This document shows, in pieces, positions 1 to 13,485 of a DNA stretch of 64,000 bases (positions within the stretch are counted from its first letter, which is position 1; each line of letters opens with the position of its first letter). The position numbers were made by a program, and so were the translations under genes. The notes beneath the pieces are model-generated. The model ran no database searches, was not told the DNA's origin, and was given only the letters and a program-made list of their open reading frames with translations. Where the stretch lies: the NCBI GenBank assembly GCA_000165425.1, contig CT868263.1, positions 434,001 through 498,000 on the forward strand, written 5' to 3'. Source of the DNA: Paramecium tetraurelia. Its lineage: Eukaryota.

Positions 1-214
1 AATAACTACTCGCATTTACAATAATTATTTACTTAATGGTTGTAGACCAAATAAGAAGAAATCACTTCCCATACTTCACATTTCACCAAAACCTTTACCA
101 TTATTTTTATTACCAAACAGCAAATCCTCTTCGTAAAAGGCTTGTACCACAAGAACTTGTTCTTAAGCTGATATAAAGAAATTTTAATTCAAAACGCTAT
201 TTAATGATATATGA
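1..214 (+). CDS. 3' end of a hypothetical protein (partial, runs off the window start)
   Basis: Frame 2 is TGA-free under code 6 (...LPILHISPKPLPLFLLPNSKSSSQK...FNDI*). It stops at 212-214, 23 bp before the next ATG. No motif recognised. Confidence 0.35.
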
Positions 215-237
215 TAAATAATTTTATTAATAAAATA

Positions 238-1118
238 ATGTCTTCATCAAAGATTTTATACTCTCCATCAAGATCAAAAGTTACCGTTGGAGGTGCTGAC
301 AGAGCACTTTCACCTAGTAGAGCCAAGATTTCATAACTATCAGAAAAATTATCAAATCTTTAGCACTAAGTTGATGAGGATTAGGCTGTAAAATAAAATT
401 ATAATTCAGTTTAAAAAAGAGACTTTTGAAAATAGAGTAAAGATTTTGGAAGACAAGGCTACTAAATAAAGTTAAGCTGATGATTCAAAATTTCAATTAT
501 TAAGAGAATAACTCTCGAAAATTGATGAAGGAGCTTAAAATGAAAAAATAATTAGAGAGGTAATCTTTTGAAAGAGATGATAGGCTGGCGATGAGAAGTT
601 AAGATCCAAAGATTTGAAGTTATTAGAAGGGTTCTTAGGAAAGGAATTGCAAAATGAAAAAATAAATAGAAAGGATTTCGAAGTTAAGATTATTAAAAAT
701 ACTGACGATAAAGTCTACAGCTTAAGATTGGATTTAGCAAGATAGAAGAAATATAGAGAAGAAACTGAGGAGAAAAATTCTTAAGAAATTGGAGATAGAG
801 TATTGTAATTATAAGAAGAGGTTGAAGAAGAAAGAAGATAAAGGTATATCTTATATTTATAATATTAGGGAGGAGTAAAATCAAAATACTATAAAAAGAC
901 TAGGAGATTCTATTCTTAAATTATAGGAAATTTTAACGAATGAAAAGAAATAAAGAGAATAAGCTCAAGGTTAAATGTTTAGGATGTTGGATGAGATGAA
1001 TAATTATTTAAATCATGAACTGTAAGATGAGAAAAATGAGAGAGATGCCACTGAAGAAAGTATAATTAATTTAATTGACCAAACTTGCAATAGAGTTGAA
1101 AACTCACTTAGAAAATGA
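238..1118 (+). CDS. SF-assemblin/beta-giardin family striated (kinetodesmal) fibre protein
   Basis: MSSSKILYSPSRS..ALSPSRAKISQLSEKL head, then a segmented coiled coil with recurring E(K/R)xxR(E/D) motifs, ending ERDATEESIINLIDQTCNRVENSLRK*. Introns at 388-409, 560-583 and about 843-867. Confidence 0.8.
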
Positions 1119-1181
1119 ATATGATTATATTTAAAACCCTAATTTTGCAATTATTAATGTTGCTAATTTTTTCATATAATT

Positions 1182-2541
1182 ATGAAAAATTTATTTATTT
1201 TTGGGGTACTAATTGGAGTATTCTATTTCATTGATAAACAATTGAACATCAAATTTATCGAATCAGAAATACTTAAACGAAACTGTCAATATAGCTAATA
1301 AGGGGACAATGAAAATATAGAATATTGTGTTTTCATTTGGAATTCTAATGAAACATTGGCAACATTTTATTTTTTATATTCATTACCAGTCGACATAACA
1401 TAAAACATCAAGATTTACTATTAGCAATTTCAAACTTCAAAATAATTAACTTTTTCGAATGTATTTTTAGAAGATCAAAAAAACTCAACATTCCCATTTA
1501 TTGATTCTGAAAGCATTAAATAAGAAATCTAGAGTTCGCATAATTTAAATATGCTCGATTTTACATTGAAATTAGGCAATATCAACAATAATGAATATTA
1601 TATTATGACTACTTAACTATCTGCTGTTTGCACTTATGCAATCTTCACAAAAAGTTTAAATTTAGAAATTACAGCATATTTTAAAAATAATCTGAAGTAT
1701 TTAGAAGATGGTTTTGTTGCATTTCTTTGCCTTGTTATTATGTTTCTAGCGAATTAGTTGAACAAACTAGAGAGTGCTACTATGATCCCTTTAGGAAACT
1801 ATATCAAACAAAACAAACCCCATATGCTTTTAATCATAATTTTAATTGCTTAACCTTTAAGACCCTTATGTTATTTCCCTGAATTTGAAGCAATAGAATG
1901 GCTAATTGGGTAGACATGCTATGCAATAGGAGAGTTTTTGTTTTTAAGGTATTTCTTATAGATTCTATCCTACTTATAAGGATAAAATAATAAAACTAAC
2001 AAACTTAGGAATACTCTTGTTTCTATATTTGTAATCATACCAATCAGTATTGATAGATGGTTGATTTCATTTGAAAATCAAAGCTTTGTAATTAAAGATT
2101 TGGAGAATCAAGTCGATAATATTAATAACCTTTTGAAAATATGCTGGATATGCTATCTATTGTATGCTAGTATTTTTGCTTATGAGATTATGATTAGTTT
2201 GCAATCACATTTGATAAGTATATATATCTCTATATTCAGGGTTGGATTTATTCATAATAGATATTTTATTTTTTATGGTCTATTCTTTTTAGAAAAGTTC
2301 TTTTTATTTATATTATGAAAACTATGATCATCATCTTTTTAATCCTATCAATATGCTTATGATGACCTCCTATATTGCTCTACTACTACATACAAATTTT
2401 AATAAGGAAATAGAATAAACCTAGGAATTAACTAATGTTAGACATCAGATTGATTAGGAAGATGAAAATGGGGAGAATATAGAATCCACTATAGCTGAAT
2501 ATTATATGGAAAAATCTTCTGATGATCAAACATTAATTTGA
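1182..2541 (+). CDS. Hypothetical multi-pass membrane protein
   Basis: Hydrophobic N-terminus (MKNLFIFGVLIGVFYF), a luminal region, several hydrophobic segments from about 1710 and an acidic tail. One 22-nt intron (2218-2239) restores the frame to TGA 2539-2541. Confidence 0.65.
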
Positions 2542-2888
2542 AGAGTTATGTGAAACCTTTTTAGTATAAATAAATGATATAAAATTATTTGTTAATTAAT
2601 TTATTCATGTTTACAACCTTATTATATGAAGAATTAATATGAGCGTATAAGATGAATATTTATCAATTAATTTGGAAATGATATTGATGTTCACAAATAG
2701 ATAAAGATTATTTGGATCGAATACACAATTAAAAAATGGCGCAAGACCTTTTTTGTGTATGAAATTGCAAAAATCTATAGGTTTTTAAAATAAAGTAAAG
2801 TAAAATATATGTATATTAGTCTTTACTAGATATTAAAATTTCGTAATACTAAGTTTAATTTATTTGAATAATAGACAAAACTTAACTA

Positions 2889-3323
2889 TCAAAGTTCATC
2901 AACAATAATATCAGAGGCTATTTCGATTAAATCTTCTTATTTAATGTTTGGATAGGAATTCAATATCATTTCAATAAGAGTAGCAAAATCATATTCTTTT
3001 TTTATGTTCATTTTTTTTGCAAACGATTAAATGAACTAATGTAGATTGATCTTATAAAATTCTTTCCCGAATTTGTTAATTTCCTTTTCAACAACATTCC
3101 AATCTATAATTTTTATATCCGTGTCATATTTTTTTTATTGCTAATTCTTAGGAAATGATAATGGCTTTTTGTAAAGTAGTTCTTTATATTTTTGGTAATT
3201 GCTAGTAGGTATTCTCCGAAAAAAGAAAGATGGCTTGTTTTATCCTTGCCTATCTGTGTAGCATCCTTAACGAGGAGTATGCATTTTTGTTTAGATTGGA
3301 GATGCTGCAGATTTATCATCCAT
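2889..3323 (-). CDS. Hypothetical protein (~144 aa)
   Basis: MDDKSAASPIQTKMHTPR...QEDLIEIASDIIVDEL*; 435 nt open under code 6. Confidence 0.55.
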
Positions 3324-3341
3324 TATATTAAGGGAGAGTCG

Positions 3342-4059
3342 ATGATTCCAAACCATATTACAAATAATTTGTCTTCCTCCCAAATTTCGTTAATCCGGAA
3401 TAAACATAATATAAAATTATTAATCCTCAACAACAATCAGATAAATTCAAAATTTGAAACTAACTACGAAATTCAATCTGATTTCTATCCAAAACTTCAC
3501 CCAAATCACCCTCAATGCAGAAGAATTAAAACAAATTAGAAAGTTAGCTAAATAACAATTATTGAAAGACTCATAAAATCTTCACACATCATACGAATTT
3601 AAATGGTCATTGTGTAATAATAAAAGAATTTTGAACTAAATATAGGAACTGAGGTTATCAAAATAAAATGTATATTGCGCATTATCTGCCAATAATGTAA
3701 TAAACTTTCGAAGATTTATGAATAATCCTGATTTATAGATTATTTATAATTAGACAATTGCTTTTACAATATCTAAGAGAAAATACTCTACTCTTGTATA
3801 AGAAAAGAAATAAGATTTTCAAAGAAATTAAGGGATATTATAAAATTTAATTGATAAATTGAAAATTTATTCTTTAAATTTATTTAATAAATATGCAAGG
3901 GAATACTATTAAGTATTATAAATCATTAACAGCTAATTATTTAATTAGATGATAATTAATTTTACAATATACTTCATTTTTGTTTGATATTTTGATTCAA
4001 TATTTAAGTAAAAAACATTGCAAAATAAATGGTTAATCTCTATCTAAAAGAAGGCTATG
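3342..4059 (+). CDS. Possible hypothetical protein; boundaries uncertain
   Basis: Long TGA-free frame with a protein-like stretch (NAEELKQIRKLAKQQLLKDSQNLHTSYEFKWSL). The start and splice structure were not resolved. Confidence 0.25.
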
Positions 4060-4590
4060 AGTATAATTTTAATAACATCTAGAAATAGTGTGCCGCGATC
4101 TTGTTCTAGACTTTTAAGGAAGTTAAACAAAAGTATTTTAACACATATTCAAATTAAGAACAAATCAAAAATAGGCTATAATAATTTACATGTTCAATCA
4201 CAAAGGTCTATATGTAAAATGAATAAATCTTAACATTAAACAGATAGTATATTTAAGTGTGGCTAATAGATGTAATATTGTAATGAGGAAGTATTTATCT
4301 AAGAAAATGATGTTTTTCTTGTATCTTATATTGATATTATATTTTAATTTCATTATTAAGAATAGCTAATATCAAGTCTACTAATTATTCGGTTGATTCT
4401 TTATTCTCTAATGATTCTTAATTCTCTATGATTAATTTCTTCATTTTCTTTCAGAAAAATGTGTATAATTTTAGGTATTCAATATCTTAATTATAAAAGT
4501 GTTCAAAAATGAAAAGATTCATTGTTTCTGGTTTACAACTAAATATTATTGTAATTAGTAACCAAATTATTATCCTAAAAAATTTCAAAG

Positions 4591-6307
4591 ATGATTCTTT
4601 TAACTATTTTAATTGGGTTTGGTAGTGCTTTGATGATTAAATAAACTCATACCACTAGAGGTATAAATGTAATAGAAATTGATTTGAACAATTATGACGA
4701 ATTTACTATTGGTCAATCAACTCTAGTAATTAGTTTGACATATAACTCTATTATTTCGTACCCTATACTTTCATATTGCTCTATAACGAATTTAAACATT
4801 ATAAAAAGTATAATAAGCTCGATATCTCAAGTTAAAACTTAAATAGAATCAAATAAGTATATTGTTTACAATACTTAGGAAATAGTGTATTTTTGATAAC
4901 AATGCTATATTAAATTAATAGAGCTAGCAATAAATCATATTATATGATTATAATGAAGAGCAGTCTGAGTGGATTTACAACAAATTTAGTATTTTTGGTA
5001 TTAAGGAAAGAAAATTCTCAATTTACATTTTTTCAAGTGAAGACGCAGAATATTAAATAACAATTGCCGATTAAGCGCCGTTAACGTGCTTTTCTAAGTA
5101 TAAGGTTAATTATTGATAGAAGTTGTAACAATGTTGGGATATGCTCATAAAGTCAACCTTCGTTTTGTGTATGCAATGGGAATTTATTTGGAACTAATTG
5201 TTAAATTTCATCACTTCCCTACAAGGCAAATGAATAATAAATCGTAATATATGTGATAATAATTAGGTAACTCTCGAAAGCCAAAAAGAGGTTTTAATTT
5301 CAATACCACTGAACTTGAATAATACGAATTCATTAGACATAAACATAAATGCTAATTAAAAAATCGATTGTTTTTTGGCATGCCAATTTGAGAAAGATTA
5401 CCTTCCATTTCATGATAGTTAATTTTATGATTTGAATAAGATAGATAATGGAAAGATCCCATACTCAAGTGAGAAAGTTTAGGAATGTTTAAGTCTATTT
5501 GATGAAATTAATTAAGAACTAGGCTAATAAATGGCTCCACTACTTTTATTATTGTTTTATAATAAATAAGCAACGAATGTTTTAATAACACTGAGTGTTG
5601 ACACAAAAAAAAATGATCACTCAGATGATAGAGTTATATATTACATTCTTGCTGGTGCATTTGCATCCTTGATATTGGCTTTTGTATTGATAGGTTGCGC
5701 ACTTATTTACAAAAGGAGGAACAATAAATAATTTGAGCAATATTCATCAGATCGAAGAAATAGCACAGAAAAATCACAAAAAGAGGGGAAATTTCATGAA
5801 AGATAATTCTCTGGAGATTTTATCCCTGTTGAATTATATGAATAAGTGATACAAGAGTATCCAGGATTGAATATGATCACAGAATGTTAGATCTGTTTAG
5901 TTGAATTTGATAATCAGGATTTAGTGAAACTGACTTATTGTTTGCATCTATTTCATTAATCTTGTTTAGACGAATGGAGAAAGAAATTGTAGGTACAATG
6001 TTCTGTAATTTAGATATGTCCTGTTTGTAGAGGAGACTTGACCAAATAAAAGTATAAGGAGAGATAAAAGGATTAGGAAATATTTTAATTTGGAGTAATT
6101 GCTGGAGATGACATCTAAATTGATAATAAAAAGATAGAAGAAATCATCAAAAGGGAATAGAGAATTAAACAATTGTAAATAACTATATTTAAAATTAGAC
6201 AACTTGCTCAATCATCCTCTGTAATAAATACTCTGAAAGAAAGTTCTCCATCACCATCATCAGGAGAACCTTTGAAATTAAAATTTTAATAAAAATAATA
6301 AAAGTGA
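4591..6307 (+). CDS. Type I membrane RING-H2 E3 ubiquitin ligase with a luminal EGF-like module
   Basis: Signal peptide MILLTILIGFGSA; EGF-like C-FSKS-CNNVGIC-x6-CVC-x7-C near 5090-5200; TM VIYYILAGAFASLILAFVLIGCALIY followed by KRR; RING-H2 CQICLVEF...TYCLHLFHQSCLDEW...CPVCR. Confidence 0.85.
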
Positions 6308-6475
6308 ATAATCTTATTTAAATAATCAATATAGAATCATATATGAGTGTGATCAAGTATTCTTGTAAATAAATAAAATTATAAAAATTGATTTACTGGC
6401 TCATAGTATGATTCAATCAGAATAATTTATTAAAGCTAATTTGGTTGACACTTTTATTATTATTAATAATTTTAT

Positions 6476-7988
6476 ATGAAAATGAAGAAAATTTTTCCTT
6501 CAAATACTTAAAACTATAACTCAGTTCCTCAATTCGAATAAGATAATGCTACTGTGCTAAGGATGTATCAATCAACGATTTCTAAACCTCCCCTTTCCGT
6601 TGTTCCTAGCGAGGCCAGTCAAACTTATTACTAAATCATCGAAAAAAATAAATTGTAATACCTTGAATACTACAATCAATTCAACGAAATGAGATTCATG
6701 GAAAACATGGCAGGTTTTTTGAATTAATAACTTAAGGCTTAAAATCAAGATAGCAAAAATAAGTTCTTTTAGAAAATTTTCTCAATATGTTTGATGATAT
6801 GATCTCTTGCCTCGTCGTTATCTAAAATACTCTGCTTCTCATTAACTTTGATCAACCCGATTTTCAATAAATTTATAATATTACTCCAAGCACAATGGCT
6901 GACATATTATTTAAAGACATTAAGGTAAGAGAATCCTTATTCATTATTATTAGACTTTAGAAGGGCTTCATTTGGAAATACAATTCTCTTCGTCTCTTCG
7001 ATTTTTAGAAACAGTGTTGGAGGCTCTTGAATTCAACCCAGAGCACTCCAACAAAATACATTAATTGGATGTAAAATAATGGTCTCAAAAGTGTTATAAT
7101 CATCTCAATAATTTCATGATTGCTCAATAACAAATTAAAAATTCTTAACGATCCTGTTGTTGCTTTAAATGAAATAAGATTATTTATATATATTTAAAAT
7201 AAGTAATTATGTAATTCCCCAAGAATCCCAATCAAAAGTAATTGCAGCCTCACTTTCGAAGTCAGTCTTTGAATAAATCTTAATCCTAAAGAAATCCTCC
7301 TCAATTTATACCCCAACTACTCCAATAACAATAAACTCTCTAAAAATCAATAAACTATGATGAAAAAGAATTACAAATAACAAATAAAAGATTACACATT
7401 TTTGGTGATTTAGTCCTTCCTTCAACTAAATTTACAAAATAACAAAATCAATCCATTGCTGACGAACTCTGCGATAAGGTATCATCCCTAAGAAAATACG
7501 CTAATGTAAATATGACCAGATAAAAAGGTCGAGGAAGACTAAAAACTTAGATTAATGATTTTGAAAATTCGATTGTAAGTTGTTAACGATTAATTACAGA
7601 TCCTGGCATTATTTCATAGAAAACACCTAATTAATAACTATTGATTGACAAAGAACAAGTGATTTAAAATGGTGTTAAATATCCATATCAAATATACTTA
7701 ATCAACGACTAAAGGAAGAAATTTATTTCCGATCTTTTAAAGAGCACCAATCTAATTGATATTTAAGATGGGTTCAATTTAACCCAGATAAAGCAAGATT
7801 TAGGCTAAAGACTAAGAACTTAAGTTCGGTCTAATTAAATAGAAAAAACTAAAAAAGAATTAACATCAAAGAAATGCATGAACAACGCATTGTATTCCTT
7901 ATTAGCATTAAATAAACAATCTCAAGAGACAGTCAAAATGAAATATAGATAGAATCTTCCAAAGGATTCTAGATTCTATATTATATGA
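6476..7988 (+). CDS. Hypothetical protein
   Basis: Open under code 6 with micro-introns (about 6925-6953, 7156-7178); ends LPKDSRFYII*. Confidence 0.6.
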
Positions 7989-8882
7989 ATTATGTTTGTA
8001 TCTAACTTATTTTTACATTTGTTAAACTATTTCGTTGTATAAAATCTATACTAATTATTATCAAAAAATATTTGAATTTATTTAATATTTGAAATAGGCT
8101 AATATAATAATTATTATTTACTTACAATTTCATGTATTTTGACATTTATTATAGAATGAGATTTTGAGGAGTAATAAAAAGAGTTATTTCTAAATATTAA
8201 CATAGATCAGCAATATTAATATTTTAAGATTCCTAAATCATAAAGAATTATAATATTAAGTTTAAAGAACTCATAATTTTAATTTAATAAATTGAATTAT
8301 CTTTTAATTTTGATATTATTAAATAAATATTAATCTTTTTCAATCTATTATTGATTCTATCAACAAATGTGATAAATTTATTAGGGTGGAGGGATTAATT
8401 TTGAGCACATAATAAAAAACAAACTTTTATATTCTTTCTAATTTTTAATGAACTTGATTAAATTTTTCAGCTGAACACTCGTATATTCATCAAACCATTA
8501 CTATTATTAGATCTATCAGTGTGTATGATGGTATTATAATAAACAAAACTAACTTATCGTAATTCGATATTTTATTTTACTTATTTTCATTATTTTAATA
8601 CTTTCAAACTTGAATTTTAATCCTATAGCTCATCCAGTTTGGTTTATATTCTCCTTTACTTCAAACTTCTAGTATTTAAATAAATTCTATTTTTGTATAA
8701 TCAATACAATTATATGAAGTCATACAAATTAAAAGAACTAACAAAGCTGTGAAATATTTATTATTTTTCTTCAAATTAAATCAATTTTCACTGAAATAGT
8801 TTAAAGTATCTATAGTAGTGAATATAACGTATATTAGTTTATGAATAATAATTAATCATAACAATCATTAATTAAAATTCAA

Positions 8883-10211
8883 ATGAGAAAAGAAGATCAA
8901 ATACATCTCTCGTCCTTACAGATTTGGAATGGTATGGACACTCCTGTTCATTAGAGCTCTAACATTTTTAGTGAAAAGTTTAAATAGAGTTCAGAATTTC
9001 ATTATAATTGCAATCAACCATTTTGTTTACAGCATCCTGAAAAAAAAGTAAGAAATCTTTAATTAAATAAAGGCTAAATACGTCTTACTGAATGCTGAAG
9101 GACCAAATGAAAAGCTTTGTACTAAATGCGCTGTTGTTTTTGCATAATAAGGACATAAAATTTAATTAATTGAGGAGGGTACATTAATGGTTCTAAATAT
9201 CTTGTAGATAATGCTAAGAAGAAATAAACTGACTCATTTATAGATTAACTACTCCAGACCAAAAGCGAAATCGACAACATCCATTCAAATTTCCTGTGCA
9301 CTGAGGCAAATTTAAAAAAATTTTATAATGACCAATATACTTAGGTAGTTAAAACATTCGGAAACATTGAAAAGTAACTACATCTTGTAATCGATTTTAT
9401 TTATTTTTAGTGTAAATCTGAGTTACTTTTTGCTTTGTCACAATAACTCTGGTCAGGAATATAGTAAACAAATTAACTAAAAGTATAAGCTAAATAAATA
9501 GATCATCAAATAGCAACATATATTAATGATATTAAGAATCATTACGAAAAAATAGTGTAGATGAGTCCTCTCCCCTTCAATTAAATCATGGGGGGATACA
9601 GCAGCAAACTCTTTAAACTTTAATAGTGCCTTAAAGAAATCTAAGAAAACAAGATGACTTATCTTCATTATGAAGGTAAATTGGTTGGCTTTGATCAATT
9701 CCTAAAAGACTTAAGCTTTTTGAACGAAAAGGATTAGCCATACAATATGAGAAATCACGAAAGTACCAGATCTAGTTCAGAACAGAAAACCTGCAAAAGT
9801 GTAGAGAAGGAGAAGAGACACTTAAGTCAACCTACTAGTAAGGAAGTGAAATGCTTTGAGAATTCTGATAAGAAAATGACATAAAATTTTAAAATAACTG
9901 AATAATCAATTGAGGAATGGATGGAAAATTCAAATTCAAAGTAGAGGAAAACAGAGCCTACTGAGAAATTAGCAAGTCCTAATATTTTGGCTATTAAATT
10001 TGTCAAAAAGCAAATGCCTCCCAATAGAGCATCTATGAAGTAAGAAACAAATCAAGCTATGCTTAATAAACTAATTTCTGAATTTTCATAGATCAAGAAG
10101 GATAGAGTTAAGAAAATGTAATCGAAAACACCTGAATTAGGAAAAACTGTTTAATAGACAATTCCTAATAAATTTTCCCCAAAGTTTCTTTATAAAAATT
10201 ATTATAAATGA
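8883..10211 (+). CDS. B-box-like zinc finger / coiled-coil protein
   Basis: N-terminal CLQHPEKKAKY...LCTKCAVVFAQQGH (C-x2-H ... C-x2-C ... H), then a helical region and an S/K-rich tail; three micro-introns. Confidence 0.65.
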
Positions 10212-10243
10212 TTAATTAATAACTCATTAGCAAATTTTGTGAG

Positions 10244-13239
10244 TCAATTTTTAATAAATTATGATTTATCATTATGAAAGAGATTCTCTAAATTATATTC
10301 TTTATTAAACTTATGAATGTCCTTGTATTATTCCACTAGCAATTTTATCTTTTAGTAATTATGATTTCATACTTCGTAACTTTAGAATGTATCAAAGCGA
10401 AGAGGCTCTTTAAAATTTTCGAAATTAAATATAACTTAGCTAGGATAAGATATAACCCAATTAAATTTACTGTAATCCAATTCTCTGAATTTTATTTTCT
10501 TCTATGGGTTTAAAAAGTAAATCTTTTTAGCTGAAAATCCCAAATACATCGTAGCATGTACCTCCATTCCTGTTTATTTGAAATATGTTTAAGTTTATTC
10601 ATAGGTTTACACCTAAAAAATGGCCATACTACCCTAAGTAAAAGTTTATGAAGCATTGATGATGATCAAAGCAGCCAAACATCTTTTGTCAGTAAATTTA
10701 AATTATGAATTATCCTTTTTTTACAGTCTCTCAACTCTATTTAATTACTAGAATGATAAAACACATAATTTTTACACTAATTTTATCTAATTATTCATTC
10801 AATGAAACTATGCATTCCTTTGTGAATTCCTTCCATTCAGAATCAGATTTCCCTGAATATACATCCTGAGGTATAACTTTGGTGATTTTGTCTAGTTACA
10901 GATTGTTGAGAGAAACTTCAATTTTGTCTTGATACTGAAACATATGAGAATTGAGATTACCTTTATATGATAATACAGTGCAGCAAATAGACAATAGTCT
11001 TTGAATCCTAAGTAATACTTACCATCATAAACATCTTCCAAGATAGAGAATCCAAGATATATTAATCGAGTAGGGTCTTCTCTGTAATCAAACTCTTCTA
11101 GTTCTTGTGGCATATACAAATATTTCCTCATCTTAATGACAACACTCCTCTATAAATAAATTAGTACTCTGTGTTAGATGCAGTTATTAATTATTCTAAT
11201 TTATTGAGCCATCTATGGTTATTTTAGTATTCGTCATCGTAAGCCTTACTAATTATTTCATCATCATCAAGAATTCTTTACTTTTTCAACTAATCAACCA
11301 AATACAACCGAAAATCTTTATAGTATATTAATTGATTGTATCCAGCGACAAATGGAAGTACCTCACTTACTCTGGCCTTATCATCTACTCCTATCTCAGT
11401 AATAGTTCCATCAGGCATAGTAATAATGACTCGCTTCATATTTGGTTCTGTTGAATATTTTTATTGCCAAATTACAACTCTGTTTGGTTATACTTGAGCA
11501 ATGCTTTTCTTTCTGCTTTCCTTTTCTATACAGACTGCCTTTAAGATCTCTCCAGCACTCATCTTCAATCTATCTACCAATACTCCTTAGATTTTCAATT
11601 CATCTAATCCATCCAAAGTAGTGTTATATTTACTAAAAATTGATTTCTATTGTTCAATTACTATTTAAGGTAACTCGAAAAAATTAAATGGCAACTCTAA
11701 AATCGATGTTAAACATACTTAAATCATTGAGTATCTATGTATCCCCTTAGGCTTCTTTAGATTAGAGTAATGTTTATAAAAATCCTTCGATTACAAATTT
11801 ACGTTCTTCAATTGATTTTGTCTTTTAATAAGTAAGCCAACTTTAATTAGGGAATTTTGGAAATTCAATCATTGGATACTTTTTTGAATATTTCTAATAC
11901 ATTGCTTCAACTTCACTATATCTAACGAATATCTTGGATTAAATAACAAATTTACATTTTAATAAACTTTGTTTATGGAGATCTCGGTTATGTATTAAGT
12001 ATGTTTTTAGAAAGACTGGAAATTTCTTTCCTCAGTTCCCACAATTACAACTTAAACTGGATATCTCATAAATGTCAATTTTCCTGACTTCAATTCCCTT
12101 TAGCATTCTTATTCTCTATTAAATTAAATGAGCTTTTCAAATTGTTCAATTGCTTTTTTCTTAATTGATAAGGACTCTGCAAAACACTATAACACTTCTC
12201 CAACACCTACAATTTAAAACAAATTGTTAAAATATTTAGTGTCTGGCTGATCTTTGACAAAAGACAGTGAATCCAATTTGACTTAATTAAATAATTTATT
12301 CTCATGAATCACAATTAAAAGATCGGTTAAAGCATGTACTTAAACAATTAACTCTTTATTTGCTTAAATAATGTTTAATTTCTCTTCAAATTTATAGATT
12401 CTCAATGGATCTGAGAGTAAATCCATTTTATTTAATTTAAATTGATCACACAATTCACTAATTTACAGTCTTCCAATATAGATATCAATAGATTTATTGT
12501 TCTCTTCATTGATGTCCCTAAAGTATTTATGTAAAAATTTAATATTCTTCATGTCTGGATGATCGTCTTCTGTGTGTTTTTCCAAGTCTTTGAATAATAA
12601 AATGTATTTAGGCAATCTTTAGACTGGTTTGACTAAGAAACTAGACAAATCCATCCCTCTTAATTCTGGACTTATGAGAGTTAAAAACTATTTGAACTTT
12701 TAATCACTTTGCTTTAACTTATCAACAAGTTAATTAGATTTGCTGAATTAACTACAATAATCGAAATAGCATCTGAATCCTTTAGAACTCACATTCATCA
12801 ACTGTTTTGTGTTTCCTTCGAAAACAACCTTAGAATTAATACAACTAATTACCCAATATGGTTTATAAATGTCCTTTGCATTTCCAATATATCCTTGATA
12901 ACTAAATTCTAAGGCTCTTAGGAATTCCTAATTCCATTACGATATTTGGTTGCAATTCATAAATATAGTTTTGATATTCTCTTAATTGATGTATTACTAG
13001 GCCAACACCAACACTTTCTCACTCAATATTTTGATATCATTGCAATATTGTTTTTCCGTGTTATAAATTTCAGCAATCACATTCTTTCTATATCTGTGAT
13101 TCTTTTTGAGTTTTTGATATGCCTTGACATCTTGTTTACCTTTAAACCATCTTTATAATTTGGCTGCTGCTCTCTTGACTTTCACTGGAATGTTCTATGA
13201 ACCAAGAGCCTGATTAGGTTAGTTATTAGATTATATCAT
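10244..13239 (-). CDS. RhoGEF (DH-PH) with N-terminal IQ-like motif and C-terminal PX and FERM-like domains
   Basis: AAAKLQRWFKG (IQ-like); RKNVIAEIYNTEKQY and LSSFLVKPVQRLPKYILLFKDLEKHT (DH signatures); a PH-like segment; VRYSEVEAMYQKYSKKYPMIEFPKFP...SIEERKFVIEGF (PX); VIITMPDGT...LRKYLY...EDVYDGKY (FERM-like F1/F2). Confidence 0.8.
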
Positions 13240-13485
13240 TAATATTAAAAAAATAGAAGCATAATTATCTGTTTTGTTTGAAAATTCACTTATTAGGAAT
13301 CATATCGATATTTTTATTAGAAGATGTTGATTATTTGAATTTAAATTGCTTGAATTAATTATTTCTGCTTAAATTGGTGTTTGTGTATATTCTAAGAATT
13401 ATGTATTGATTATAAAAAGGTGAAAGGATGGGTTTTGTATTGGAATCCAGGATTGAAAAAATATTATATAATAATTATATTATTT

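Noticed and set aside
7178..7203. Apparent non-canonical GA..AG 26-nt intron
   Set aside because: A canonical 23-nt GT..AG intron at 7156-7178 fixes the same frame change, so no unusual splice site is needed.
7990..8880. Long AT-rich intergenic stretch as a possible ncRNA, IES or mobile element
   Set aside because: No convincing stem structure, box motifs, terminal repeats or coding signal; only a weak hairpin near 8495-8533.
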